Positions 55,907 through 64,000 of a stretch of DNA of 64,000 nt are shown here, in pieces. Origin of the DNA: Ruminococcus sp. (GTDB lineage: Bacteria; Bacillota; Clostridia; Oscillospirales; Ruminococcaceae); contig JAJQIB010000020.1 of NCBI GenBank assembly GCA_021199375.1, forward strand, positions 28,931 to 92,930, read 5' to 3'. The translations under genes and the position numbers were made by a program. Position 1 is the first letter of the stretch, and each line of letters starts with the position of its first letter. The notes beneath the pieces are model-generated. The model saw nothing but the letters and a program-made list of their open reading frames with translations. It was not told the DNA's origin and searched no databases.

Positions 55907-57795
55907 CAATTGAAGAGCTAAATAAAATAAAAGCCGAGTATTCAGACCTTGTAAAGGTTAGAAAGCTCGTTGCATCCGAAGGCGAAAAGCTTGCAAAGAA
56001 AACAGGCTATCGCAAGCAGATTTTGGTCTGTGGAGGTACAGGCTGTACATCATCGGGTAGTAAAAAGGTAATTGAAGCATTAGAAAGTGAGCTTAAAAAG
56101 CAAGGACTCGAAAAGGATGTCCTCGTTGTAAAAACAGGTTGCTTCGGACTTTGCGCTTTAGGCCCTATTATGATCGTTTACCCTGAGGGTGCATTTTATG
56201 CACAGGCTACCCCTGAAGGAGTAATAAGAGTAGTAGATGAGCACATAAAGAAGGGCAACATCGTTAAGGACCTGCTCTATAAAGAAACTGTTCATGCAGA
56301 TGGTTCAATCATCTCACTAGCCGAAACAAACTTCTACAAAAAGCAGCTCAGAATTGCACTGAGAAACTGCGGTGTTATCAATCCTGAGGATATCAGAGAG
56401 TACATAGCGACAAGCGGTTATCAGGCACTTGCTAAGGCACTTACCAAGATGACACCAGATGATGTTATCAACGAGCTTCTTGAATCCGGACTTCGCGGAC
56501 GTGGTGGCGCAGGCTTCCCAACAGGAAGAAAATGGGCATTTGCTAAGGCTTCTAAGGGCGATATTAAATATGTCTGTTGTAACGCCGATGAGGGCGACCC
56601 CGGAGCTTTCATGGATAGATCTATCCTAGAAGGCGACCCTCATGCGGTAATCGAGGCTATGGCTATTGCTGGCTACACAATCGGTGCAAGCCAGGGTTAT
56701 ATTTATGTTCGTGCTGAGTACCCAGTTGCAGTTTCAAGACTTGAGATTGCTATAAATCAAGCTAGAGAATATGGTCTGCTTGGTCAAAACATTCTTGGCA
56801 CAAACTTCAATTTTGACATAGAAATTCGTCTTGGCGCAGGTGCATTCGTATGCGGTGAGGAAACTGCACTTACGACATCAATTGAAGGACACAGAGGTGA
56901 GCCTCGTCCTCGTCCTCCCTTCCCTGCTGTAAAGGGTCTATTTGGTAAGCCTACAGTTTTAAATAACGTTGAAACCTATGCAAATATTCCTCAGATTATT
57001 GGTAAGGGTGCTAAGTGGTATTCATCAATTGGAACCGAAACCTCTAAGGGAACCAAGGTTTTCGCTCTTGGCGGAAAAATTACAAATGTAGGACTTGTTG
57101 AAATTCCTATGGGTACTACACTTCGTGAAATCGTTGAGGAAATCGGTGGCGGTATCCCCAATGGCAAGAAGTTTAAGGCTGCACAAACAGGTGGCCCTTC
57201 AGGCGGATGTATTCCTGCATGTCACATCGACACACCTATCGACTATGAGCATCTGACAGCGCTCGGCTCTATGATGGGTTCAGGCGGACTTATCATTATG
57301 GATGAGGACACATGTATGGTCGACATCTCAAAGTTCTATCTAAACTTTACAGTTGATGAGTCGTGCGGAAAATGTACACCTTGTCGAATTGGTACAAGAA
57401 GACTGCTACAGTTCCTAGAGAAGATAACATCAGGTGAGGGCGAGCCTGAAGATCTTGATAAGATTGAAGAGCTTGCAAATCACATGAAGTCATCATCCCT
57501 TTGCGCTCTCGGACAGTCAGCACCTAACCCCGTCCTTTCTACAATCAAATATTTTAAGGATGAATATATCGAGCATATTGTTGATAAGCATTGCCCAGCA
57601 GGTGTATGTAAGAATCTGCTTCACTATGAAATTGACCCGGGTCTTTGCAAGGGATGTACTCTTTGTGCAAGAAACTGCCCTGTGGATGCTATTTCGGGTA
57701 CGGTAAAGCAGCCGCATAAGATTGATAAAACTAAGTGCATTAAGTGCGGACTTTGCATGAAGAACTGCAAGTTCGGTGCTGTTATGCGTAAGTAA
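55903..57795 (+). CDS. hydB: Bifurcating [FeFe]-hydrogenase beta subunit (NuoF-like)
   Basis: GRGGAGFPTG, EGDPGAFMDR, GAGAFVCGEET, ESCGKCTPCR, two C-terminal 4Fe-4S motifs. Confidence 0.93.
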   Translation: MTIEELNKIKAEYSDLVKVRKLVASEGEKLAKKTGYRKQILVCGGTGCTSSGSKKVIEALESELKKQGLEKDVLVVKTGCFGLCALGPIMIVYPEGAFYAQATPEGVIRVVDEHIKKGNIVKDLLYKETVHADGSIISLAETNFYKKQLRIALRNCGVINPEDIREYIATSGYQALAKALTKMTPDDVINELLESGLRGRGGAGFPTGRKWAFAKASKGDIKYVCCNADEGDPGAFMDRSILEGDPHAVIEAMAIAGYTIGASQGYIYVRAEYPVAVSRLEIAINQAREYGLLGQNILGTNFNFDIEIRLGAGAFVCGEETALTTSIEGHRGEPRPRPPFPAVKGLFGKPTVLNNVETYANIPQIIGKGAKWYSSIGTETSKGTKVFALGGKITNVGLVEIPMGTTLREIVEEIGGGIPNGKKFKAAQTGGPSGGCIPACHIDTPIDYEHLTALGSMMGSGGLIIMDEDTCMVDISKFYLNFTVDESCGKCTPCRIGTRRLLQFLEKITSGEGEPEDLDKIEELANHMKSSSLCALGQSAPNPVLSTIKYFKDEYIEHIVDKHCPAGVCKNLLHYEIDPGLCKGCTLCARNCPVDAISGTVKQPHKIDKTKCIKCGLCMKNCKFGAVMRK

Positions 57796-57810
57796 GGGAG
57801 GGCAGACAAA

Positions 57811-59562
57811 ATGGCAGCAGAAAAAAAGAAAATGATTCACCTTAAGGTGAACAATATACCCGTTGAGGTGCCGGAAGGTACAACGGTTTTGCAGGCAGCA
57901 AAGGCTGTGAACATTGAAATTCCCTCACTTTGTTACCTAAAGGATGTAAACTGCATAGGTGCATGCCGTGTCTGTGTAGTTGAGATAGTTGGAAGAAGAG
58001 GTCTTGTTGCATCCTGCGTTTATCCTGTTGAGGAGGGTATGGAAGTGCTTACCAACACTCCACAGGTTAGAGCATCAAGAAAGACAACAATCGAGCTTAT
58101 TCTTTCGAGTCACCACAAGAAATGTCTATCATGCGTTCGTGGAAACAATTGTGAGCTGCAGAAGCTTGCCTTTGACTATGGCGTAGATGAGGACAGATTT
58201 AAGGGCGATGACATAGTTTATCCGATTGATGATGCGTCACCTTATATTGTACGTGATAACAATAAATGTATACAGTGCATGAGATGTGTTGCAGCTTGTA
58301 AAAACGTTCAGAGCGTTTCATGTATTGGACCTATCAGACGTGGATTTAACGTACATGTTGGATGTGCATTTGAAAAGAGCTTACACGACTCGCCTTGTGT
58401 AGGATGTGGACAGTGTATCGTAGCATGTCCTGTAGGAGCGCTTAATGAAAAGAGCCAGATTGACCAGGTATGGGATGCAATTTCAGATCCTAAGAAAAAG
58501 GTTGTATTCTTCACCGCTCCTTCAATTCGTGCAACCCTTGGTGAAAGCTTTGGAATGCCGATAGGAACAAACGTTGAGGGTAAGATGGTTTCGTCTATCC
58601 GCAGACTTGGTGTAGATAAGGTATTTAATATGGATGTGACGGCTGACCTTACCATTATGGAAGAGGCACATGAGCTTATCGAGCGTATAACAAAGAAGAA
58701 AACTCTTCCGATGTTTACCTCGTGCTGTCCCGGATGGGTTAAGTTCTGCGAGCATTATTATCCTGAAATGCTTCCTCATCTTTCTACATGTAAGTCACCT
58801 CAGCAGATGTTTGGTGCAGTGCTAAAGAGCTACTATTGCCAGAAGTTTAATATCAACCCCAGAGATCTATTTGTAGTTTCCATAATCCCCTGCACTGCTA
58901 AGAAGTTTGAGGTTACAAGAGAGGAGCTCAGAACCTTCGATTATGACGATGTTGATGTAGCACTTACAACGCGTGAGCTTGCTAAGATGATTAAGGGTGC
59001 TGGTATTAACTTTGCTGATATGGATGACGAGCAATTTGACAATCCGTTTGAAACAGCTTCAGGTGGCGGCGCAATCTTCGGAGCAACAGGCGGCGTTATG
59101 GAAGCTGCATTAAGAACCGCTTCATATATGCTTGATGGAAACGCTAAGAAGATTGAGTTTAAGGAAGTTCGTGGCACTCAAGGAATTAAAGAGGCTACCT
59201 ACAAGATTGCCGGAGTCGACGTAAATGTCGCTGTAGCATCGGGTCTTTCAAATGCGAGAAAGATTATCGAACAGGTTAAGTCGGGCGAGAAAAACTATCA
59301 GATGGTAGAGATTATGGCTTGTCCCGGCGGATGCATCAATGGCGGAGGACAGCCTGTTCAGAGCGACTCGGTAAGAAATTATCAGGATCTAAAGACGCTC
59401 AGAGCAAAGGCACTTTACGATGCAGATAGCTCGATGAAGCTAAGAAAATCTCACGAGAGCCCTGTTATGAAGCTACTTTATGACGAGTACTTCGATGCTC
59501 CCGGAAAGCCTAGAGCGCACAAGCTTTTACATACAACATATGTCAAGAGAAGTGCACACTAA
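57811..59562 (+). CDS. hydA: [FeFe]-hydrogenase catalytic subunit (group A3)
   Basis: H-cluster motifs FTSCCPGW, PCTAKKFE, MACPGGCINGGGQP; N-terminal 2Fe-2S and 4Fe-4S clusters. Confidence 0.95.
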   Translation: MAAEKKKMIHLKVNNIPVEVPEGTTVLQAAKAVNIEIPSLCYLKDVNCIGACRVCVVEIVGRRGLVASCVYPVEEGMEVLTNTPQVRASRKTTIELILSSHHKKCLSCVRGNNCELQKLAFDYGVDEDRFKGDDIVYPIDDASPYIVRDNNKCIQCMRCVAACKNVQSVSCIGPIRRGFNVHVGCAFEKSLHDSPCVGCGQCIVACPVGALNEKSQIDQVWDAISDPKKKVVFFTAPSIRATLGESFGMPIGTNVEGKMVSSIRRLGVDKVFNMDVTADLTIMEEAHELIERITKKKTLPMFTSCCPGWVKFCEHYYPEMLPHLSTCKSPQQMFGAVLKSYYCQKFNINPRDLFVVSIIPCTAKKFEVTREELRTFDYDDVDVALTTRELAKMIKGAGINFADMDDEQFDNPFETASGGGAIFGATGGVMEAALRTASYMLDGNAKKIEFKEVRGTQGIKEATYKIAGVDVNVAVASGLSNARKIIEQVKSGEKNYQMVEIMACPGGCINGGGQPVQSDSVRNYQDLKTLRAKALYDADSSMKLRKSHESPVMKLLYDEYFDAPGKPRAHKLLHTTYVKRSAH

Positions 59563-59577
59563 TCTAAAATAAAATAT

Positions 59578-59612
59578 GTCCCATAACCTTAGAATGGGTT
59601 GCGGGACTTTTT
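59578..59612 (+). terminator. Terminator after hydA
   Basis: gtcccataacc / ggttgcgggac plus T tract. Confidence 0.75.
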
Positions 59613-59716
59613 GTTTGCAAAAGTTTAAGAAAATATAACTTGATTTTTTGTCGAATCTATAGTAAAATGATTTTAATTAGATTTAGAAGTATATTGTAAT
59701 ATGAAAGGAAAATACT

Positions 59717-60481
59717 ATGAGCTTTATACTTATCCTTGCATTTTTATTCGCAATTGGCAGCCTTATTGGCTGGGTACTGGAGCTTTTCTTTAGACGCTTT
59801 TTTGACAAGGCAAACAAGGAACGCAAATGGATTAATCCCGGCTTTTTAAATGGTCCTTACCTACCGATCTACGGAATCAGCTTGATTATGCTTTACCTGC
59901 TAGCACAGCTTGAACAGTATGTACACATCGATAACGATGTGATCCGGAAGCTTATTTTGTTTTTTATCATGGCAGCATGTATAACGATATTTGAGTTTTT
60001 TACAGGAATGATATTCATTGTAAAGCTAAAAATCGAGCTATGGGACTACACCGAACAACCCGGAAACATCAAGGGCGTTATTTGTCCGCTATTCAGCTTC
60101 TTTTGGATGGTGTTAAGCGCTATATACTATTTTTTGATAGACCCATATATACAAGAAGCACTCTTATGGCTTTCGCAAAACCTCGCATTTTCCTTCTTTA
60201 TCGGTGCATTCTTCGGAGTATTTGCAGTTGATTTAACTGTTACAATACGTGATATGATAAAAATTTATATCTTTGCAAATGAAAATGAAATTATAGTAAG
60301 GCTTGAGGAGTTAAAATATGAAATATCAGAATTTAAAGCACAGCGCAAGGAGAAATACGGATTTTTCATGCAGCTTAGATCTTCTGACACCATTCAACAT
60401 CATCTTGAGCGTTACAAATCAATTCAAGAGGGCTTTGATAAGTATAAAGATAAGCTAAAAGAGATTACTGAAAAAAGATAA
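59717..60481 (+). CDS. Putative ABC transporter permease (CmpB-like) membrane protein
   Basis: GFLNGPYLPIYG, LWDY...NIKGVICPLFS motifs. Confidence 0.85.
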   Translation: MSFILILAFLFAIGSLIGWVLELFFRRFFDKANKERKWINPGFLNGPYLPIYGISLIMLYLLAQLEQYVHIDNDVIRKLILFFIMAACITIFEFFTGMIFIVKLKIELWDYTEQPGNIKGVICPLFSFFWMVLSAIYYFLIDPYIQEALLWLSQNLAFSFFIGAFFGVFAVDLTVTIRDMIKIYIFANENEIIVRLEELKYEISEFKAQRKEKYGFFMQLRSSDTIQHHLERYKSIQEGFDKYKDKLKEITEKR

Positions 60482-60524
60482 AAAAATTTCCGTGGGATTA
60501 TGATATCCTGCGGAAATTTTTATA

Positions 60525-60737
60525 CTACTCTTCTATGTCTTTTGAATCGTCACATTCCTCTGGCTTTTCTTCAAGCTGCTCATTTAGCTGCTCTTCCTTT
60601 TTTAGCTTGCGATTTTTTCTTACATCCATAATAACAGATATAAGCACTGCAACGGCTATAGTAGCTGCAACTAAAGGCGGCGAATATAGGCTACTGCTCT
60701 CTGCTGTGGAATCACTTAGATATTCAAATCCTAACAC
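60525..60737 (-). CDS. Small single-TM protein
   Basis: GTG start overlaps the upstream stop; one TM then a charged tail. Confidence 0.6.
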   Translation of the reverse strand: MLGFEYLSDSTAESSSLYSPPLVAATIAVAVLISVIMDVRKNRKLKKEEQLNEQLEEKPEECDDSKDIEE

Positions 60738-62548
60738 TATTCATCGCCTTCTTCTGAGCTTTGTTCCTCACTCTTGATGCTTTCAGCAACATCATCGAGA
60801 TTTGGAAGCTCATCAAGCGTTAAAGTGTAATTGTTGTTGTAATACTCTATAAATCTGCTGCAAAGCGAGCTCTGTGTGTCCTCATCCTCATCAAGTCCTA
60901 GCTGTGCGCTTAAATATGGCTCGCTGTAAAGAGCCGTATACGACCACAGCGCATTTGATTGAAGTATACTTTCCATAGCAGGCAGACTAGAGCATTCGCT
61001 CATTGCAAGGGGCTTGGTTTTACAAATGTTGTTGAGAAATAGCAGAGTGTTAATCTGTGCACTCATGGTTTCTCCTTCAGTGTACACATCAACCGAAAGC
61101 ACATCACAGTATTCATCACCTACATACCAATCAGCATTTTGTGCACTCCATACCCATATAAGATTGCTAAGATCATGGTATTCGGTCATTCTTGTATATA
61201 CAAGCTTCCAAAGCCATTGATACGCTTCCTCATCGGTTCCCCACCAATATAGACCATTGCTGGCTACAGGAAGTGGTCTGAAAATAACCGCCGTACCATC
61301 CTTTTTTAGCACATTAAGCTTTGCGGATATTGTATCTATATCATTTAAAATAAGATAGCATTCCTCAGAGATAGCACCAATGCTGTATTCGTACTCAATA
61401 TCCTCAGTCGACCACATAGCCATTTCTTCAATGGATATCTCATACTCTTCTTCGGTGGTTGTAAGAGATGCCGACTGCGAGCCTGCGCTTTGCTGATCTT
61501 CATCAAGGTCATCAGGGTAGCTGTCGTCACTTTCAGCTTCAACCTCTATCTTTTCCGGAACTGCTTTTGTAATATCAAAATCGGTATTTGTTATTTCAAT
61601 GTCAGTGCAGCTTTCATCTCCACTGGGATCTATCCAATACCAATCATATGCTATAATTCCACCTTTTTCAGCATATTTTTCTGCCTTTGATATATCCTTG
61701 ATATTACCTTTAGTATAACCACCGATATCAGAAACTCTTATAGCAGCCGACTTCCCTGTTACCTGCTCTACTGTATTTGTTTCCGAAAGGCTTCCCGCTG
61801 TATCATGCTGTGCAGTCAAGACCTGATTACCGTAATCCGAGCATAAAAGCGAGTAGAGAGCCTTAGCATTATAGTCAGCATTTTCATTTGATAGCTCAGC
61901 ATTAGAAAGGTCGGGATTTAGAGTACTTATCTCTGAATTAGCTTCTATCTTTATATAGTCGATATCTACTGCATCATCAGTAGATTCAATAGTTATTTCA
62001 TTAATCCCTTCTTCAAGCCATATATTTTCTAGATTTTTTGTAGAAAAAACTCCATCACCGCTGGTTCTGAAAATCCAAACCTGCTGACCATTTACATACA
62101 ATGATGCATTAAGAGATCTATCAGCAGCTGTCTGAACAGTGATATTATAAAACTGAGATTCAGGCAGATCGAAGCTTATGCTCCAGTTTTCTAAATTAGC
62201 TCCCTCAACATACCCATCACCTTTAAATGAGGCTCTATCCTTTTTTACTGTAGCTCCTTCACCCGTAAAAGTACCGAACTCTGCTTGATAGGTTTCTGAA
62301 TACTCAGTATAGGGAATTTCTATTGTATCGAAGTTAGTTTCTGTTGTAGCAGCTGACACTGCAACACTTTCCTCATCATAATTTGAATCAGATCCAGAAG
62401 AGAGATCTGTAACTGCTGATTCACCTTCAGATGATGAATCATCCCCGCTTATTTTTTCGTTCTTAATTATTGATGTTCCGCATGATGTAAATGCACTAAG
62501 TGCCATAACCGCAGCAGCTGATGCTGCTACAAGTCTTTTTAATTTCAT
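60737..62548 (-). CDS. GH26-like lipoprotein with CBM35/CBM6-like module; acid/base Glu absent
   Basis: Lipobox FTSC; CBM-like ASFKGDGYV...IDYI; IFRPLPVASNGLYWWG replaces RPLHE; LAMSEC retained. Confidence 0.8.
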   Translation of the reverse strand: MKLKRLVAASAAAVMALSAFTSCGTSIIKNEKISGDDSSSEGESAVTDLSSGSDSNYDEESVAVSAATTETNFDTIEIPYTEYSETYQAEFGTFTGEGATVKKDRASFKGDGYVEGANLENWSISFDLPESQFYNITVQTAADRSLNASLYVNGQQVWIFRTSGDGVFSTKNLENIWLEEGINEITIESTDDAVDIDYIKIEANSEISTLNPDLSNAELSNENADYNAKALYSLLCSDYGNQVLTAQHDTAGSLSETNTVEQVTGKSAAIRVSDIGGYTKGNIKDISKAEKYAEKGGIIAYDWYWIDPSGDESCTDIEITNTDFDITKAVPEKIEVEAESDDSYPDDLDEDQQSAGSQSASLTTTEEEYEISIEEMAMWSTEDIEYEYSIGAISEECYLILNDIDTISAKLNVLKKDGTAVIFRPLPVASNGLYWWGTDEEAYQWLWKLVYTRMTEYHDLSNLIWVWSAQNADWYVGDEYCDVLSVDVYTEGETMSAQINTLLFLNNICKTKPLAMSECSSLPAMESILQSNALWSYTALYSEPYLSAQLGLDEDEDTQSSLCSRFIEYYNNNYTLTLDELPNLDDVAESIKSEEQSSEEGDE

Positions 62549-62572
62549 ACAAACTTCCTCTTTCCTTTGTTA

Positions 62573-64000
62573 TCACATAAGTGTGTAGGTCTTACCTGCT
62601 TTCATGGCTATTGTAATGGTGTCACCATGTAAATCTGTTACATCAGATCTGTCGCTTAGATTCAAGTCATGGTTCATGACAAGATTAACCGTAGTATCCT
62701 TATCAGGAGTTATTGATGCATATTCAAGCTTGCAATTGCTCCATCTGCAATCTATAGTTAAGCCACCTCTTGCTCTGAGACCTTTAAAGCTGCCATTACT
62801 CCACTGTCTAGGAATAGCCGGCAAAAGAATCAACTCATTATTTTCACTTTGTAAAAGCGCCTCGGTTATGCCTGCAGTGCCTCCGAAGTTGCCGTCAATC
62901 TGAAATGGAGGATGCATATCAAATAGATTCTTGCTGGTAGAATATGACAGCAAAGCCCGTACATTTTCCTCAACCTTATCTGAATCAAAAAGTCTTGCCC
63001 AGAAGTTAATAATCCATGCTCTTGACCATCCGGTGTGACCTCCACCATGTGCAAGTCTGCGTTCAAGAGTTGCCCTTGCAGCCTGAGCAAGCTCAGGTGT
63101 TTTGCGCATGGAAATCTGATCAGCAGGATAAAGTGCAAATAGCTGTGATACATGTCTGTGACCCGGCTCAACCTCATCGTAGTCAATAGCCCATTCTTTT
63201 ATCTGACCATACTTGCCGATTTCAGGCTTGGGTAGTCTATCTCGCATTGATTCTAGCTTTCTACTATGTTCTGAATCTACTTGTAAAATATCGGCTGCCT
63301 CAATTACAGCAGTAAAAAGCTCATAGATAATCTCGCTGTCCATAGATGGACCAATACAAAGAGCGCCCTTTGTTCCACTTTCTGTAATATAAGAATTCTC
63401 TGGAGAAACCGAAGGGCAGGTGACAAGTCTTCCGTACTTATCTTCAATAAGAAAGTCCTCAAAAAACTCAGCAGCCTCCTTTAGAGTAGGATATTTTTCT
63501 CTTAAAAAGTCCTTATCAAGTGTAAATTTATAGTGCTCCCAAATGTGTAAGCACAGCCAAGCTGCACCCATAGGCCATTGAGTGCCTGGCATCCATAAAT
63601 CCTGTGGAGCAGTATCTCCCCAAATATCAGTATTATGATGACATACAAAGCCACCGCAATCATACATTTCACGAGCAGTAACACGTCCGTTAGGTCTCAT
63701 TCGTTCAATATGGTCGAAAAGCGGATTCGCAAGCTCTGAAAGGTTGCTGGTTTCAACACCCCAATAGTTCATCTCAGTATTTATATTTACAGTAAATCTG
63801 CATCCCCATGCAGGCCACATATCCTTATTCCAAATTCCCTGAAGATTCATAGGAAGTGTTCCCTCACGACTTGCAGAAATCATGAGATATCTTGAATAAT
63901 TCCAATAAAGAGCTACAAGCTTATTATCCTCGCCACCATTTTTATAAGCTTCAAGTCGTTTATCGGTAGGAGCGTTAATTTCCTTACCACCCAGGTCAAT
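62573..64000 (-). CDS. GH95 alpha-L-fucosidase, 5' truncated by window edge
   Basis: [41 protein letters not shown]; frame open to 64000. Confidence 0.92.
   Translation of the reverse strand: MDLGGKEINAPTDKRLEAYKNGGEDNKLVALYWNYSRYLMISASREGTLPMNLQGIWNKDMWPAWGCRFTVNINTEMNYWGVETSNLSELANPLFDHIERMRPNGRVTAREMYDCGGFVCHHNTDIWGDTAPQDLWMPGTQWPMGAAWLCLHIWEHYKFTLDKDFLREKYPTLKEAAEFFEDFLIEDKYGRLVTCPSVSPENSYITESGTKGALCIGPSMDSEIIYELFTAVIEAADILQVDSEHSRKLESMRDRLPKPEIGKYGQIKEWAIDYDEVEPGHRHVSQLFALYPADQISMRKTPELAQAARATLERRLAHGGGHTGWSRAWIINFWARLFDSDKVEENVRALLSYSTSKNLFDMHPPFQIDGNFGGTAGITEALLQSENNELILLPAIPRQWSNGSFKGLRARGGLTIDCRWSNCKLEYASITPDKDTTVNLVMNHDLNLSDRSDVTDLHGDTITIAMKAGKTYTLM

Noticed and set aside
1-64000. 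Reverse transcriptase systems (retron, DGR, group II intron), Cas, RM or other canonical defence genes
   Set aside because: No YADD/FADD, methylase, nuclease or Cas motifs were recognised in any ORF.

Overview
64 kb of a low-GC Bacillota chromosome. Gene content (HydABC, sporulation genes, hemicellulases, CBM3) suggests a Ruminococcus/Oscillospiraceae-like fibre degrader; this is inferred, not tested. The core background is housekeeping and carbohydrate genes: M18 and M23 peptidases, GH13, ansA, uppP, an ABC exporter pair, GH31 yicI, capA, comM, pgm, a permease, a plsC-like acyltransferase, spoIIID, pduL, a Zn-phospholipase C, hydCBA, a GH26-like protein and GH95. Three accessory features stand out. 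(1) A ~15.3 kb serine-recombinase integrative mobilisable element (25484-40826, CCTC at both junctions) splits yfhO. It carries a complete agr quorum-sensing locus with two different AgrD peptides, followed by a secreted LCAT-type lipase-CBM3 protein and a membrane partner gene. (2) Inside that element two unrelated cargo genes sit in the same cassette architecture: promoter, TAAGRGTAGGCA box, 16 nt, AAATCGGAATTT, ORF, and a conserved 24-bp end site containing the inverted repeat and the stop codon. No integron integrase is present. (3) At 18.5-19.2 kb and 44.0-47.7 kb (beside tRNA-Lys) there are several phage-derived MuF/minor-capsid toxin relics. The toxin domain is deleted, but a consensus sigma70 promoter written into the toxin linker codons, the small downstream immunity-like genes and a shared terminator remain. 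Several accessory genes carry 1-nt indels or nonsense lesions, so either decay or assembly error is present. All family assignments come from motif recognition by eye; no searches were run.
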